Source of the DNA: an uncultured delta proteobacterium
Lineage (GTDB): Bacteria; Desulfobacterota; Binatia; UBA9968
Assembly (NCBI GenBank): GCA_963727625.1
Contig: CAVSHR010000008.1
Coordinates: 32,001 to 96,000, forward strand
Length of the DNA stretch: 64,000 nt
Direction: 5' to 3'
Shown: positions 9,498-20,187 of the stretch, piece by piece
Position numbering within the stretch: position 1 is the first letter of the stretch
How the letters are laid out: the number at the start of each line of letters is the position of its first letter
Notes under the pieces: model-generated
The model's input: only the letters and a program-made list of their open reading frames with translations
Databases searched by the model: none
Told to the model about the DNA's origin: nothing
Made by a program: the position numbers and the translations under genes

Positions 9498-11528
9498 ATG
9501 TCCTTTTCAGTCTTAAAGGCTGTGCTACATTCTTACACACAACGGTGCGTTGTCCTGCCGCGTCCACTCCGTCAATTTATCCCAGTCCCGTCGAAGCGCG
9601 CGGCGCAGCTGCTAGCTGCGGGGATCGCGTCTCTACTTTCTGTCAACGTTTTTAATTCGACCCCGGCCCGCGCCGAGATTCTCATCGAACCGCGCATCGG
9701 TTTCCATGGCGTCTTTCAACTAGGCCATCCGTTTCCGCTGGAAATCGACCTGAATAACACCGGCCGTCCGGTGGAGGGCACGCTTGAAGTCCAGGTATGG
9801 AAGGGCGGCGCGACCAAAGGCGGGGCGCCCTATCGGGCGAATTACCAGCGCGAAATTTTTCTCGGTGGGCAGGCGCGCAAAAAGGTTCTGCTCACCGTCG
9901 ACCCCGACTTTATCAGCCGGCCGCTGACCATCCGCATTACCGGCGCCAACACGACGGCGGCGCGGGAGATCGATTTGCGCCGACATTTCTCGCCGGCACC
10001 GGTGCGTTTGCTGCTGAGCGAGAGCGGCGTGCTCCCGCCGGTTACTTTTACCAGCGCGACAGCACAAAGCCGGCTGGTTTCGCTCGCGCCCACCGAGCTA
10101 TCGGGTGATTCGCGCGCATTGCTCGGCGTTTCCCATGTGATTCTTTACGATCAATCCTTGCGTGATCTGTCGCGGGCGCAGCTCCTCGCGCTCGATACCT
10201 GGCTCACCGCCGGTGGCCGGATGGTGATCGTCGGCAGCCTGAACTACGCGATCTACCAGGAGCCGTCTCTGGCTCGCTTCCTTCCGGTGCGCGTGACCGG
10301 GTCCAAGCAGATCGCCTTTACACCTGATCGCGGCAAAGATGGAAAATCTGTTACATTACCCGGCGTGTGGGCGCAGACGTCGAACTTGATAAATGGCAAA
10401 GCGCTGGCGCAAAGTAACGGCATTCCCTTGCTCGTTGAAGCGAGCCGCGGCCGTGGCCGGATTACCTACCTAGCGCTTGATATCGGTCGTCCACCGCTCT
10501 CCCGCTGGGAGGGCCTGACGAAATTTCTACAAACGCTGATAATCCAGCCGGGTACGGAAGACCCCGCGCCGCGCACCGAGTGGAACGATGCGGTGTTCAA
10601 CCAGCTGATCGCTAGCCCCAAATTTATTTCGACCTATATCCCCTCCGCCGGCCTGCTCCTGGCCATGGTGGTTTACCTGGTCGGCATCGGTACGATCGCT
10701 TGGCTCTGGCAGCGCAAGCGCATGGCGCCGCGACTGTTAATCATCGGGCTGGTTACCTTTGTCACGGTTGGAACGGCGGCGGGTTACGTCCATTTCAGCC
10801 ACGGCGGCAATATCCCCGACGGGGTCCTGTTGGTTTCTACGGTTTTGGAAAATAGCGCCGACGGTTTCGTCGACGCGCAAGCCAATCTGGCATTATTTTC
10901 CACTCAGCTGCGTCAATACGACTTGCAGCTCGATCGCGGTTGGATGGATCTGACGCCGGTGACGAGCCTTGCGCGCGATAGCGCGGAGCCCGCCATAGTC
11001 ACTCAAGATACCCGCGGCGCCAGCCGGTACCGTCTGCCGCTGCGCGAGTGGGACTATCGGCTCTTCCGCCTGCGCCGTGTCGACCACTTCCCGTTCAGCG
11101 CCGAGTTCGAGGCGCAGGGCGACCGACTGCTAATGAAGGTGGATAATCGCAGTGCCAAAGACCTGATCAATTGCTGGCTGGTGGTGCCCGGGCAACGCTT
11201 CGACGTCGGCCTGATTCCACGCGGTGCCAGCTGGCGCAAAGTGTTCCCGCTTGGCAACGGCAACGCGAATCCAGATGCGTCTGGCACCGGGGGGCAAACT
11301 CTCAACTGGCGCGAAGTGACCTTTGCCGATAAGACGCGCGATATTTTGTTTCACTCGTCGATGTTTCCGCGTGACGGCGATATGCGCTGGGCTGCTGGGG
11401 TGGCGGTTTTTTTCGGCTGGGTGAAAGATCCGGGTGCGCGCGTGCACGTCGATGATCCGCGAATTCAAACCCAGGATTACGCGCTCTTTCGCGTTGTTTA
11501 CCCGCTGGGGAGAGGGGACGAAGAATGA
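9498..11528 (+). CDS. Large exported/membrane protein with a GATase-like segment, first gene of the MoxR operon
   Basis: 676 aa, signal-like N-terminus, WLTAGGRMVIVG segment, two internal TM helices; ATGA overlap with the next gene; start uncertain. Confidence 0.7.
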   Translation: MSFSVLKAVLHSYTQRCVVLPRPLRQFIPVPSKRAAQLLAAGIASLLSVNVFNSTPARAEILIEPRIGFHGVFQLGHPFPLEIDLNNTGRPVEGTLEVQVWKGGATKGGAPYRANYQREIFLGGQARKKVLLTVDPDFISRPLTIRITGANTTAAREIDLRRHFSPAPVRLLLSESGVLPPVTFTSATAQSRLVSLAPTELSGDSRALLGVSHVILYDQSLRDLSRAQLLALDTWLTAGGRMVIVGSLNYAIYQEPSLARFLPVRVTGSKQIAFTPDRGKDGKSVTLPGVWAQTSNLINGKALAQSNGIPLLVEASRGRGRITYLALDIGRPPLSRWEGLTKFLQTLIIQPGTEDPAPRTEWNDAVFNQLIASPKFISTYIPSAGLLLAMVVYLVGIGTIAWLWQRKRMAPRLLIIGLVTFVTVGTAAGYVHFSHGGNIPDGVLLVSTVLENSADGFVDAQANLALFSTQLRQYDLQLDRGWMDLTPVTSLARDSAEPAIVTQDTRGASRYRLPLREWDYRLFRLRRVDHFPFSAEFEAQGDRLLMKVDNRSAKDLINCWLVVPGQRFDVGLIPRGASWRKVFPLGNGNANPDASGTGGQTLNWREVTFADKTRDILFHSSMFPRDGDMRWAAGVAVFFGWVKDPGARVHVDDPRIQTQDYALFRVVYPLGRGDEE

Positions 11529-12271
11529 AAGACAACCCCGTCTGGAGCGAAAGCTTGGAAGTCTATTTCAGCGAAGGCCATGGCTTCACGGTCTATTTCT
11601 ATCTGCTGATCATTCTCACCCCCGTGGAATTTTTATCGTTGTATGTGCCGTCCTTGGACAGCCAACAGTGGAGCGGGTCGGCGAGTCTTTTTAAGGTTAC
11701 CGCGATAACCGCGATGCTTCTCCTGGTCTATTTTTCTTTGCGGGTGGCCAATCAGGAATTCGCCCCCTGGCGATTCAAGCCACTCAAGTATTGGCTGCGC
11801 GATCAGGGACAGTCGACGGTCGCGGTGAGCCGGGCGCAACTCTATTTTCTGTTACTTCACATCGGCTTATCGCTGCTCTTGTGTGGGCCGCTGCTGGTTT
11901 GGGCCGGTGCCATCGCGCGCACTCCGGCGGCAAATATCGCCATGATCTTTTTGCTTTTACCCTTTTACGCGTTGTGCTACGGCGTGTGGGGATTGGCGAC
12001 TCTGGCGCTGTGGGAGCGCCGGATCGAAACCCGGCAGGTTTTCATTCGCAGTTTTTTTGTTTGTTTGGTGATTCTCTCGGCGTTATTTTATCTGCCTTTG
12101 AATCCAGTGGCTTACCTGCTGGCTTCTTTAAGCCGTCAGGCGCTGCCGCCGCTTTCATTATTTGGCTGGCAGTGGTCGGGAACGGTCGTCCATCTAACTT
12201 TTCACTGCTTGCTCGGCGGCGTCGGTTTTGCAGTGCACCGCTGGGCGCTCAGGCGGGAGCCGTTGTTTTGA
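11525..12271 (+). CDS. Polytopic membrane protein (ABC-2 permease-like)
   Basis: 248 aa with about six hydrophobic segments; translationally coupled to both neighbours. Confidence 0.65.
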   Translation: MKDNPVWSESLEVYFSEGHGFTVYFYLLIILTPVEFLSLYVPSLDSQQWSGSASLFKVTAITAMLLLVYFSLRVANQEFAPWRFKPLKYWLRDQGQSTVAVSRAQLYFLLLHIGLSLLLCGPLLVWAGAIARTPAANIAMIFLLLPFYALCYGVWGLATLALWERRIETRQVFIRSFFVCLVILSALFYLPLNPVAYLLASLSRQALPPLSLFGWQWSGTVVHLTFHCLLGGVGFAVHRWALRREPLF

Positions 12272-13698
12272 GCCTGGACGAGAAAATTCTCGAAAAAAAG
12301 CTTGCCGAGCTGCTTGCTTGGGAGCGGCGCAAGCACTGGGAGGGGATTTTTGTCTCGACCCTTTGCGTGGCTCTGGCACTCGCCATCGGCATTGCGCCAC
12401 TGCACGCTTTCCTGCCCATCGGCGGGCTGCGCTGGCTGATTCCCGTCGTTTTGCTCGCCGCGCTGGCGCCGATCGCTTGTTATCGGCAGCGCTGGGCGCA
12501 CCAGGACTCCGCGCGCGCGTTGGCGCGCTTAGACAAAAGTCTCAGTCTCCATGAGCGCGCTGTGACCGCATGGGAGTTGTCGGGGCGCCATGAAACCGGC
12601 GGCGCGGCGCAATTGGTGTTCAAACAGGCGCAGGAGCAATTACGTCAAGTTGACATGCGCCGGCTCTTTCCGCGGCGCCGGGGCTGGCCAGCCTATCTTG
12701 CGTTGCCGCTTTTGATTCTCTGGTTTACCCTGCTGTGGCTCGACTTTGATCGCTGGACCTTGGATAACCAGCGTTTCGTGGGGCCGCAAGCGCTCGTTCA
12801 CCGGGCGCGCCAATATTCCCGCGAGCTGCAGGAGAAAGCCAAGAGCGAAGGTTTGCGCGAAACCCTAAAACTGGGCCAGGAGATCGAAAAGGTCGCGGAA
12901 AAAAGCATCGACAAAAAAACTTCCGAGGAGTCGTTCAAGAAGGAACTTGCCGGCGTGACCCAGAAATTCGATGACCAGGCAAAGGCTGGGGCCGGCCAGG
13001 ATTCTTTCACCGTCGCGGCAAGCCAGCAAAGCCTCAAGGATCTGAAAGCCGAATTAGAGGCGGCGCGCGATTTTTCCCAACTTGCAGATTTTCCTAAGGG
13101 ATCTGAAGAGCAGGGCCGACAGTGGATGGAACGGCTGGCGGCGATGCCGCAGCTCAAGCGCCAGTTCGATCAGGCGGAGCGCTCCGAACAAAGGCCCGGG
13201 CAAGGGCAACTCAAATCCTTTCTCGATAAATTGGATCAACAGGTCACTGGTGAGTTGGACCGGCGCGCGCTTATTGATGCTCAACAATATTTGCAGCAGA
13301 TGATGCAGCAGGGGCAAGGCGAACAGGGAAAAAATTACGCGCGCAGTAGCGGTCAAGGTGAAGAAGATTTGCCCACTGATGGCGCCAAAGAAAAAAATAA
13401 CAACAATTTGCCCGGCAAGGAGCCAGGAAAGAAGAGCGATGAAGCGCGCTCTCTGCCCGCGTTTCGCGCCGATGCCTCGACGCAGGTAAAGGGTGCCCTC
13501 GGCGCGGGAGAGAGCAGCGTGTTGTTTTTCAAAGGCAAGCCCACGCCGGGTAAGACAAACGTGCCGCAGGAAGAAATCATTGCCTCGTACCGGCGCCAAG
13601 CTGAGCAGGAGCTCAACTCCGAGCACGTTCCCGAGGCGCTCAAGGAGACGATTAAGAATTATTTCCTGTCGCTGGGCGGGAGCGAAAGCGGTAAATGA
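12268..13698 (+). CDS. Membrane-anchored coiled-coil protein with Q/G-rich tail
   Basis: TTG start overlapping the upstream TGA; three TM segments, LHERAVTAWE motif, C-terminal VPEALKETIKNYF typical of MoxR-operon accessory proteins. Confidence 0.7.
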   Translation: MSLDEKILEKKLAELLAWERRKHWEGIFVSTLCVALALAIGIAPLHAFLPIGGLRWLIPVVLLAALAPIACYRQRWAHQDSARALARLDKSLSLHERAVTAWELSGRHETGGAAQLVFKQAQEQLRQVDMRRLFPRRRGWPAYLALPLLILWFTLLWLDFDRWTLDNQRFVGPQALVHRARQYSRELQEKAKSEGLRETLKLGQEIEKVAEKSIDKKTSEESFKKELAGVTQKFDDQAKAGAGQDSFTVAASQQSLKDLKAELEAARDFSQLADFPKGSEEQGRQWMERLAAMPQLKRQFDQAERSEQRPGQGQLKSFLDKLDQQVTGELDRRALIDAQQYLQQMMQQGQGEQGKNYARSSGQGEEDLPTDGAKEKNNNNLPGKEPGKKSDEARSLPAFRADASTQVKGALGAGESSVLFFKGKPTPGKTNVPQEEIIASYRRQAEQELNSEHVPEALKETIKNYFLSLGGSESGK

Positions 13699-13794
13699 GA
13701 AAAAACAGGTTGGGGTGTTGGAGTGATGAAGTGGCGGGCCGGCCCAATGCGCCAACGGTCCATCGCATTAATCTTTGTAGCTAGGAGTCGTCAT

Positions 13795-14802
13795 ATGCCA
13801 TCCGCAAAAGAAATCGAGCAGCGCATCGAAACCGCGCGCCACTCGTTTGACCAAGTCAAGGCCGAAATGGCGCGGGTCATCGTCGGCCATGACGAGTTGA
13901 TCGAGCAGGCGTTCGTCGCGCTGGTCTGCGGCGGCCATTGCTTGCTCGAAGGCGTGCCGGGCTTGGGTAAGACTTTAATGGTGCGCCGGCTCGGCGAAAT
14001 TTTGAGTCTTAGCTTTTCGCGCATTCAATTCACTCCCGATCTCATGCCCGCCGATATCACCGGCACCAATATGCTCACCGACGATCCTTCCGGGCGCAAA
14101 ATTTTCGATTTTCAGCGCGGCCCGGTTTTCGCGAACATCGTCCTAGCCGATGAAATCAATCGCGCCACGCCGAAGACGCAGTCGGCCCTGCTCGAGGCGA
14201 TGCAAGAGCAAAGCGTAACGGTGGGCGGCAAGCTCCATCGACTGGAGAATCCGTTCATGGTGCTGGCCACGCAAAATCCAATCGAGATGGAAGGCACCTA
14301 TCCGCTGCCCGAAGCCCAGGTGGATCGGTTCTTTTTTAAGTTGCTGCTGCAATATCCCAACCGTGAGGAATTAGGCCGCATCGCCGATCTGACCACAGCG
14401 GCGCCGGCACCGGTGCTGAACGAAGTGCTGGACGGTCCGGCGATTTTGCAGATGCGTCAATGGGTCCGCGAAGTTCCGCTGGCTGAAGTAGTCAAGGATT
14501 ACGCGGTCCGTTTGGTCATGAGCACCCACCCGCAGCAAAAGCAGGGCAACGGATCGGGCGGCTTGGCGCAGCAGTTCGTCATTTACGGCTCCAGCCCGCG
14601 CGGACTGCAGAGCTTGATCTTGGCCGGCAAAGCGCGCGCGCTTTTGGCCGGCCGGCCGAACGTTTCCTTCGACGACATCCGCGCGTTGTTGCTGCCGAGC
14701 CTGTGCCACCGCCTGATTCTCAATTTGGAAGCCGACGCCGAAGGCGTCAATACGGAAAAAATCCTGCGCGAGCTGGTTGAACAGGTCGCCGAGGTGCCTT
14801 AG
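13795..14802 (+). CDS. moxR: MoxR family AAA+ ATPase
   Basis: EGVPGLGKT, RIQFTPDLMPAD, LADEINRATPKTQSALLEAM, ATQNPIEMEGTYPLPEAQ; AGGAG RBS before ATG 13795. Confidence 0.95.
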   Translation: MPSAKEIEQRIETARHSFDQVKAEMARVIVGHDELIEQAFVALVCGGHCLLEGVPGLGKTLMVRRLGEILSLSFSRIQFTPDLMPADITGTNMLTDDPSGRKIFDFQRGPVFANIVLADEINRATPKTQSALLEAMQEQSVTVGGKLHRLENPFMVLATQNPIEMEGTYPLPEAQVDRFFFKLLLQYPNREELGRIADLTTAAPAPVLNEVLDGPAILQMRQWVREVPLAEVVKDYAVRLVMSTHPQQKQGNGSGGLAQQFVIYGSSPRGLQSLILAGKARALLAGRPNVSFDDIRALLLPSLCHRLILNLEADAEGVNTEKILRELVEQVAEVP

Positions 14803-14808
14803 CGGATT

Positions 14809-15843
14809 ATGAGCCAAGAGTCTAGAGTATCCAGTTTGACGCAGGGGCCGGCAAAAATCGCCGCAAGCGTGGCGGCTTTCTTGCGCGGCTCTCGGCGTGA
14901 AAAGATCGTTCCGCCGCTCGCGCATCCGGCCGCTGGATCTCAACCCGAGACCCCAGAGGCAAAATCGGAAACCTTCTTCGATACCGAGTTCCTGCGCAAA
15001 ATCGAGCGTCTTCGTCTGGTCGCCAAGCGGCTCAGCTGGGCGGGCGCCAAAGGCGAGCATGCCGCGTCACGCAAGGGTTTTAGCCTGGAGTTCTCCGACT
15101 ACCGGCGCTACCAGCGGGGCGATGACCTGCGCTACGTCGACTGGAATATTTACCGCCGGCTCGATCGCCTGCTCCTCAAAGTCTTCACTTCCGAGGAGGA
15201 GTTAAACATTTATCTGCTGGTCGACACCAGCCGCTCGATGGCCGAAGGCGCCCCGGCGAAGCTCGACTACGCCAAGAAGGTTGCGGCGGCGCTGGGTTAC
15301 ATCGGTCTTAAAAATCTCGATCGGGTCGGCGGCGCCTGTTTCTCGACCCGCATCCACGAGCCGTTGACCCTGGGACGGGGCAGAAAACAGATTCTCAACC
15401 TGTTCCGCTTCCTCGGCAAACTTTCCTGCGGCGGTGAAACCAACCTGCGCGCGGCGGTCCACTCGTTTACCAATCTCTTTCCGCATCCGGGTTTCGTCGT
15501 GATCGTCAGCGATTTGTTCGATCCGGCCGGCTGGCGCGCGGCTCTGGAAGAGCTTCGCGCGAAGCGACACCAACTGCTGGTCATCCATGTCGTCGACGAG
15601 CAGGAGATCCGTCCCGAGCCCCGAGGCGACGTGGCCTTGGTTGACGTCGAGGGCGGCGCCGAGCGCAAGCTGTTTCTCGACGCCCAACTGGTTAAACGCT
15701 TCGAGGAAGAATTGGCGGCTTACTTTAAAGAGATCGAAACCATGTGCACCGGCCGGGGCATCGACTATTTGCGCACGACCACTCGGGTACCCTTCGAAGA
15801 GTTCGTTTTACAGACGCTGCGCCAGGTGAGCAGCGTGGCGTAA
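14809..15843 (+). CDS. DUF58 domain protein
   Basis: EFSDYRRYQRGDDLRYVDW and DTSRSM motifs; follows moxR. Confidence 0.92.
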   Translation: MSQESRVSSLTQGPAKIAASVAAFLRGSRREKIVPPLAHPAAGSQPETPEAKSETFFDTEFLRKIERLRLVAKRLSWAGAKGEHAASRKGFSLEFSDYRRYQRGDDLRYVDWNIYRRLDRLLLKVFTSEEELNIYLLVDTSRSMAEGAPAKLDYAKKVAAALGYIGLKNLDRVGGACFSTRIHEPLTLGRGRKQILNLFRFLGKLSCGGETNLRAAVHSFTNLFPHPGFVVIVSDLFDPAGWRAALEELRAKRHQLLVIHVVDEQEIRPEPRGDVALVDVEGGAERKLFLDAQLVKRFEEELAAYFKEIETMCTGRGIDYLRTTTRVPFEEFVLQTLRQVSSVA

Positions 15844-15846
15844 GTT

Positions 15847-18800
15847 ATGGTTTGGCGCCTACCCCTCGCGCTTTTGTTACTTGCCGGGGCGATACCGCTC
15901 ATCCTATTTTTGCACAGCCTTAAGCCGCGCGGGCTGCGGGTGCGGACCACGACCATGTTCCTGTGGGAGCGAGTCTTGCGCGAGCGAACGCTCGGCACCC
16001 GGCTCGGCTGGCTCCTGCGCAAAAACCTCCTGCTCATTCTGCAGCTTCTGGCGGCCGCGGCGCTGGTTGCCGCGCTTGCCGACCCCTGGCTGCGTTACTT
16101 CGGTTCCGCCACCGGCGATATCGTTGCGGTCGTCGATCTAAGCGCCAGCATGAAAGCCAAAAGCAAAATCGGCTCGCGCTTCGATGCGGCGCGGCGCCAA
16201 TTGCTGGCGCTGGTCGACGACCTCGGCGCAGGACAAAAAATGATGATCATCGGCGCCGGCGCGCAACCAAGATTGCTCGTGCCCTTCAGCAGCGACAAGC
16301 GCCGGCTGGCGGATCTAGCGCGCGGTCTGGAAGCCACCGACGCACCGGGACGCGTAAAAGAAGCGATTCTCTTTGCTCACGCCTTTCTCAAGCGCGGCAG
16401 CCCGGACCGCGTCGTGGTCATCAGCGACGGCGCTTTTGCCGGCGCTGATGAGTTTGTCAAGCCGGCGGCGCAGCTGCGCTTCTTCATAGTCGAGGGCGGT
16501 AAGGATAACGTCGGCATCGTCGGCCTCGAGGCGCGGCGCCAGCCTAAGTATCCCTCATCCGCCGAGATTATGGTGCATGTGAAAAATTTCACCGACCATG
16601 CGGTGCGCGCGCCGCTCAACTTGACCCTCGACGGCAAGACGCTGGCGCGCCGAGAGATCGAGCTCGGTGCCCATGACCGACGCGTGCTGATCTTTCCCTA
16701 CGACGGCGGGATGGACGGCCAGTTGCTTGCCCGTTTGGAAATCGACGATGATTTCACCACCGACAATCAGGCTTATCTGGCGCTTGCCGACCGCGCGCCG
16801 CTGCGGGTTCTCTATGTCGGCCCGGGAAATCCTTATCTCACTCGTCTCCTGAGATTGTTCTCCCAGGTTCAGCTCAGCACTGCGCCGCAGTGGGAGCCGG
16901 AACTGGCGCAAGCCCAGCCGGCGTTCGATATGATCATTTTCGACCGCACGGCAGCGCCGGCGCTGAGCCAGGGCAATTTTATTCTCATCGACACGACGGC
17001 GCCGAATTTGCCCATCGAGCTCAAGGGCAAGATGCAAAATCCCCGCGTGCTGTCACCGTTGGCGAAGCATCCGCTCACCGAGGGTTTGAGCTTGGGGGAT
17101 CTCAGGGTGAGGGAAGCCCGGCGAGTCACGATCACCGGCGCGGGGACGGTGTTGGCTCGCGCCGCTGAAGGGCCAATGATGTACGTCCTGGACAAGGGCA
17201 GCCTGCGCGTGTTGTTTCTTGGCTTCGACTTGACGGCGTCCGATTTGCCGCTGCGGGTCGCCTTTCCGGTCTTGTTCAACAACGCGCTGGAGTGGTTTCA
17301 ACCCGGGCGGCTGGAGTTTCCCGGCCAGAGCGCGCAGGCGGGCGCTCCGGTGATCTTGCGCTCGGCGCAGGGCGACGGCGTACTGGAAATCACCGCGCCG
17401 TCTGGCAGGCGCGAGCAGTTGAACGCGCCGGGCGGACCCTTAGCTTTCACCGATACCTTTGAAGCTGGCTTTTACACTCTCAAGGGCGCCGGGAAGGCCG
17501 GCCGCTTCGCGGTCAATTTGTTCGACGAAGAAGAATCCGAGATTGTTCCGCGGGTGAATTTGGCTGCATCGTCGACGTTTAGCGCGGAGCCAAGCAGTGC
17601 GCTCGAAAGCGGTTTTTCGCTATGGCCGCTGCTGCTGGGCGCGGTGCTGTTTTTCCTCGGCTTGGAGCTCGTTCTGGCGATTCGCCAGGGGCTGCCGCTT
17701 TATCCGGTGTTAATCCGCGGCGGAGCGCTGGTGATGTTGGTGCTGGCGCTGGTCAATCCTCGGTTGTTTCGCTCGGCCACCGCTCTCGATGTGGTTCTGG
17801 GTGTCGATCTTTCGCGCAGCGTTGGCCAAGAGGGGCGCGAGAAGGTGCAAGCGTTGCTCGAGGCAGCGCGCCGTTTTAAAAACCCCGACGTGCGCACCGG
17901 GCTGATGGCGTTTGGCCGCGCACCGGAGTGGGAGTCGTTGCCGCGCGAGGAGCCGCCGGCGGGCGACTTCGAGGGGCGCTTGGAGCGCGACGAGACCGAC
18001 ATTGAAGCGGCACTGCAAGCCGCGCTGGCGCAGATCGGCGAAGGCCGACAGGGGAAAATTCTGATGATTTCTGACGGCAACGAAAATCGTGGCGAGACGG
18101 CCCGCGTCATTCCCCTGCTGCGCGCCCAGGAGGTGCAGGTTTGGACCATGCCGGTGAGCCTGTCGCGTGGGCGCAATGAAATTTATTTGAGCGATCTAAC
18201 GCTGCCGCGGCTGGTCGACAGCGCCGAAGGGTTTGAAGTCCACGCCACCATCGAGAGTTTGCGCCAAGTGCCGGCGCGAGTGCGTTTGTTGCGCGATGGC
18301 GTTTTGCATGCCGAACAGGAGATCGAGCTCAAAGCGGGCAGCAACGCGGTGGCTTTTCGTGACAGCCTGACAGAACGGGGCAATCATTCCTACGAGCTGC
18401 TGGTGGAGTCGCCCGACGATACTTTGGCGGAAAATAACTTGCTGCAGGGCGTCGTGGCGGTGAAGGGTCCGCCGCGGGTGCTCCTGTTATCGTCTCGAGA
18501 GGACAGCCAGCGGGTCGTCGCGCGGGTCTTGCGGGTGCAAGGCTATGCGGTGGTAGAGTCCGCGCCGCAGTCTCATTCGCTGTCGCTCGCCGAGCTCTCA
18601 GCTTACGATCTTTTGGTGCTCGATAACGTTCCGGCGTATCAACTTTCTCACGCCAAGATGGAGAACATCGAAAAATATGTGCGCGACTTGGGTGGTGGCG
18701 TGCTGGTGATCGGCGGTTCGCAGAGCTACGGGGCCGGTGGCTATTTTCGCACACCGCTGGAGCGGATCTTGCCGGTCGATATGCGCCCGCCGGCCCGTCT

Positions 18801-20178
18801 GGATATGCCTCATGTGGCGCTGCTGTTTGTTATCGACAAGTCCGGCAGCATGGGCTCGGGCGCGGAGGGTAGCACCAAGCTCGATCTCGCCAAGGCGGCG
18901 GCAATCGCCGCCGCCGATATCATGAACCCGACCGACCAAGTGGGCATTCTCGCCTTCGATGCCGGTTGGGATTGGGCCTTGCCGTTTCGCCAGGTCGGCA
19001 AAGGTGAGTGGATCTCCGAACGGCTCTCGTCTTTGGATTCCGACGGCGGCACGGATCTTTACAAGGCGATGGTCGAAGCGCATCGGGCAATCGCCGGCAA
19101 ACAGGCTGCGATCAAGCATGTGATCGTACTCTCGGACGGGCTCACCGATAAAGCCGACTTTAACACTCTGGTCGGCAAGATGGCGCGCGAGGGCATCACG
19201 GTATCGACGGTTTCCGTAGGCAGTGACGCCGACGTGCAGCTGATGGCCGACATCGCCAAGAACGGCAAGGGACGGGGCTACGTCGCACTCGATCCCCAAA
19301 CCATCCCGCAGATTTTCACCACCGAGACACTGCTGATCTCGCGCGATCTGTTGATCGACAAAACGGTGACGCCGACTATCGTCGCGTCCAGCGGGCCGCT
19401 CAAAGGCATCGCGCCAAGCAATTTGCCGTTGCTGCGCGGCTACGTGCTGACGTATCCAAAGCCCCGCGCGGAGCTGTTAATGCGAGCTGACAAAGATCCG
19501 TTGCTGATCGCCTGGCGTTACGGCCTGGGCCGAGTGATGGCGTTTACCTCGGACTTGAGCGGGCGATGGGGTCGAGATTGGGTGACCTGGCCGGGCTTTT
19601 CTCAATGGGCAAGCCAACTGGCGCGTGACACGATGCGGAAAATACTCGACACCGCAATGCGCACCGAATTTCACGCCGACGGCGACGCGATCAAAGTGGT
19701 CACTGATCTAGTATCGCGCGACGGCAAATTTCTCAATTACCTGACGGTAAGAGCCAATATCACGGCGCCGAATCAGGCGAGCCGACAGCAAATCTTTCAG
19801 CAGACGGCGCCGGGCCGCTACCAAGGCAAATTCGTCCCGGCGGCGCGCGGCATTCACTTCATTTCGCTCTATGCCGAGGGCAATCCAGGAGAAGCGCCGG
19901 TATCGGTGGCGACGGTTCCTTACATCGCGCCCTATCCGAGGGAGTATCGCGATCTCAAACCCAATCTGTCTTTATTAAGCCGGCTCGCCGAAGAAACCGG
20001 TGGTGAAATGCTCGACCCGGAAAAATTTACCGACGGTCTAAAACGCTTGTACACTCCGACACCCGGAAAGGGCAAACAGGGACAAGAGACCTGGTGGCCG
20101 CTCACCGGCGCGGCGCTGATTTTATTTCTCGCGGATTTGGTGTTGCGGCAATGGCGCGGCCGCGCCATTCTCGCCTGA
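15847..20178 (+). CDS. BatA-type N-terminus plus three VWA domains, Ig-like and GATase-like segments
   Basis: N-terminal double-TM BatA pattern; MIDAS motifs DLSAS, DLSRS and DKSGS; internal TM pair and C-terminal TM. Confidence 0.88.
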   Translation: MVWRLPLALLLLAGAIPLILFLHSLKPRGLRVRTTTMFLWERVLRERTLGTRLGWLLRKNLLLILQLLAAAALVAALADPWLRYFGSATGDIVAVVDLSASMKAKSKIGSRFDAARRQLLALVDDLGAGQKMMIIGAGAQPRLLVPFSSDKRRLADLARGLEATDAPGRVKEAILFAHAFLKRGSPDRVVVISDGAFAGADEFVKPAAQLRFFIVEGGKDNVGIVGLEARRQPKYPSSAEIMVHVKNFTDHAVRAPLNLTLDGKTLARREIELGAHDRRVLIFPYDGGMDGQLLARLEIDDDFTTDNQAYLALADRAPLRVLYVGPGNPYLTRLLRLFSQVQLSTAPQWEPELAQAQPAFDMIIFDRTAAPALSQGNFILIDTTAPNLPIELKGKMQNPRVLSPLAKHPLTEGLSLGDLRVREARRVTITGAGTVLARAAEGPMMYVLDKGSLRVLFLGFDLTASDLPLRVAFPVLFNNALEWFQPGRLEFPGQSAQAGAPVILRSAQGDGVLEITAPSGRREQLNAPGGPLAFTDTFEAGFYTLKGAGKAGRFAVNLFDEEESEIVPRVNLAASSTFSAEPSSALESGFSLWPLLLGAVLFFLGLELVLAIRQGLPLYPVLIRGGALVMLVLALVNPRLFRSATALDVVLGVDLSRSVGQEGREKVQALLEAARRFKNPDVRTGLMAFGRAPEWESLPREEPPAGDFEGRLERDETDIEAALQAALAQIGEGRQGKILMISDGNENRGETARVIPLLRAQEVQVWTMPVSLSRGRNEIYLSDLTLPRLVDSAEGFEVHATIESLRQVPARVRLLRDGVLHAEQEIELKAGSNAVAFRDSLTERGNHSYELLVESPDDTLAENNLLQGVVAVKGPPRVLLLSSREDSQRVVARVLRVQGYAVVESAPQSHSLSLAELSAYDLLVLDNVPAYQLSHAKMENIEKYVRDLGGGVLVIGGSQSYGAGGYFRTPLERILPVDMRPPARLDMPHVALLFVIDKSGSMGSGAEGSTKLDLAKAAAIAAADIMNPTDQVGILAFDAGWDWALPFRQVGKGEWISERLSSLDSDGGTDLYKAMVEAHRAIAGKQAAIKHVIVLSDGLTDKADFNTLVGKMAREGITVSTVSVGSDADVQLMADIAKNGKGRGYVALDPQTIPQIFTTETLLISRDLLIDKTVTPTIVASSGPLKGIAPSNLPLLRGYVLTYPKPRAELLMRADKDPLLIAWRYGLGRVMAFTSDLSGRWGRDWVTWPGFSQWASQLARDTMRKILDTAMRTEFHADGDAIKVVTDLVSRDGKFLNYLTVRANITAPNQASRQQIFQQTAPGRYQGKFVPAARGIHFISLYAEGNPGEAPVSVATVPYIAPYPREYRDLKPNLSLLSRLAEETGGEMLDPEKFTDGLKRLYTPTPGKGKQGQETWWPLTGAALILFLADLVLRQWRGRAILA

Positions 20179-20187
20179 GACCATTGC

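Noticed and set aside
11791-12267. N-terminal extension of the 635-aa ORF
   Set aside because: Overlaps the upstream membrane gene in another frame; TTG at 12268 coupled to the upstream stop is a better start
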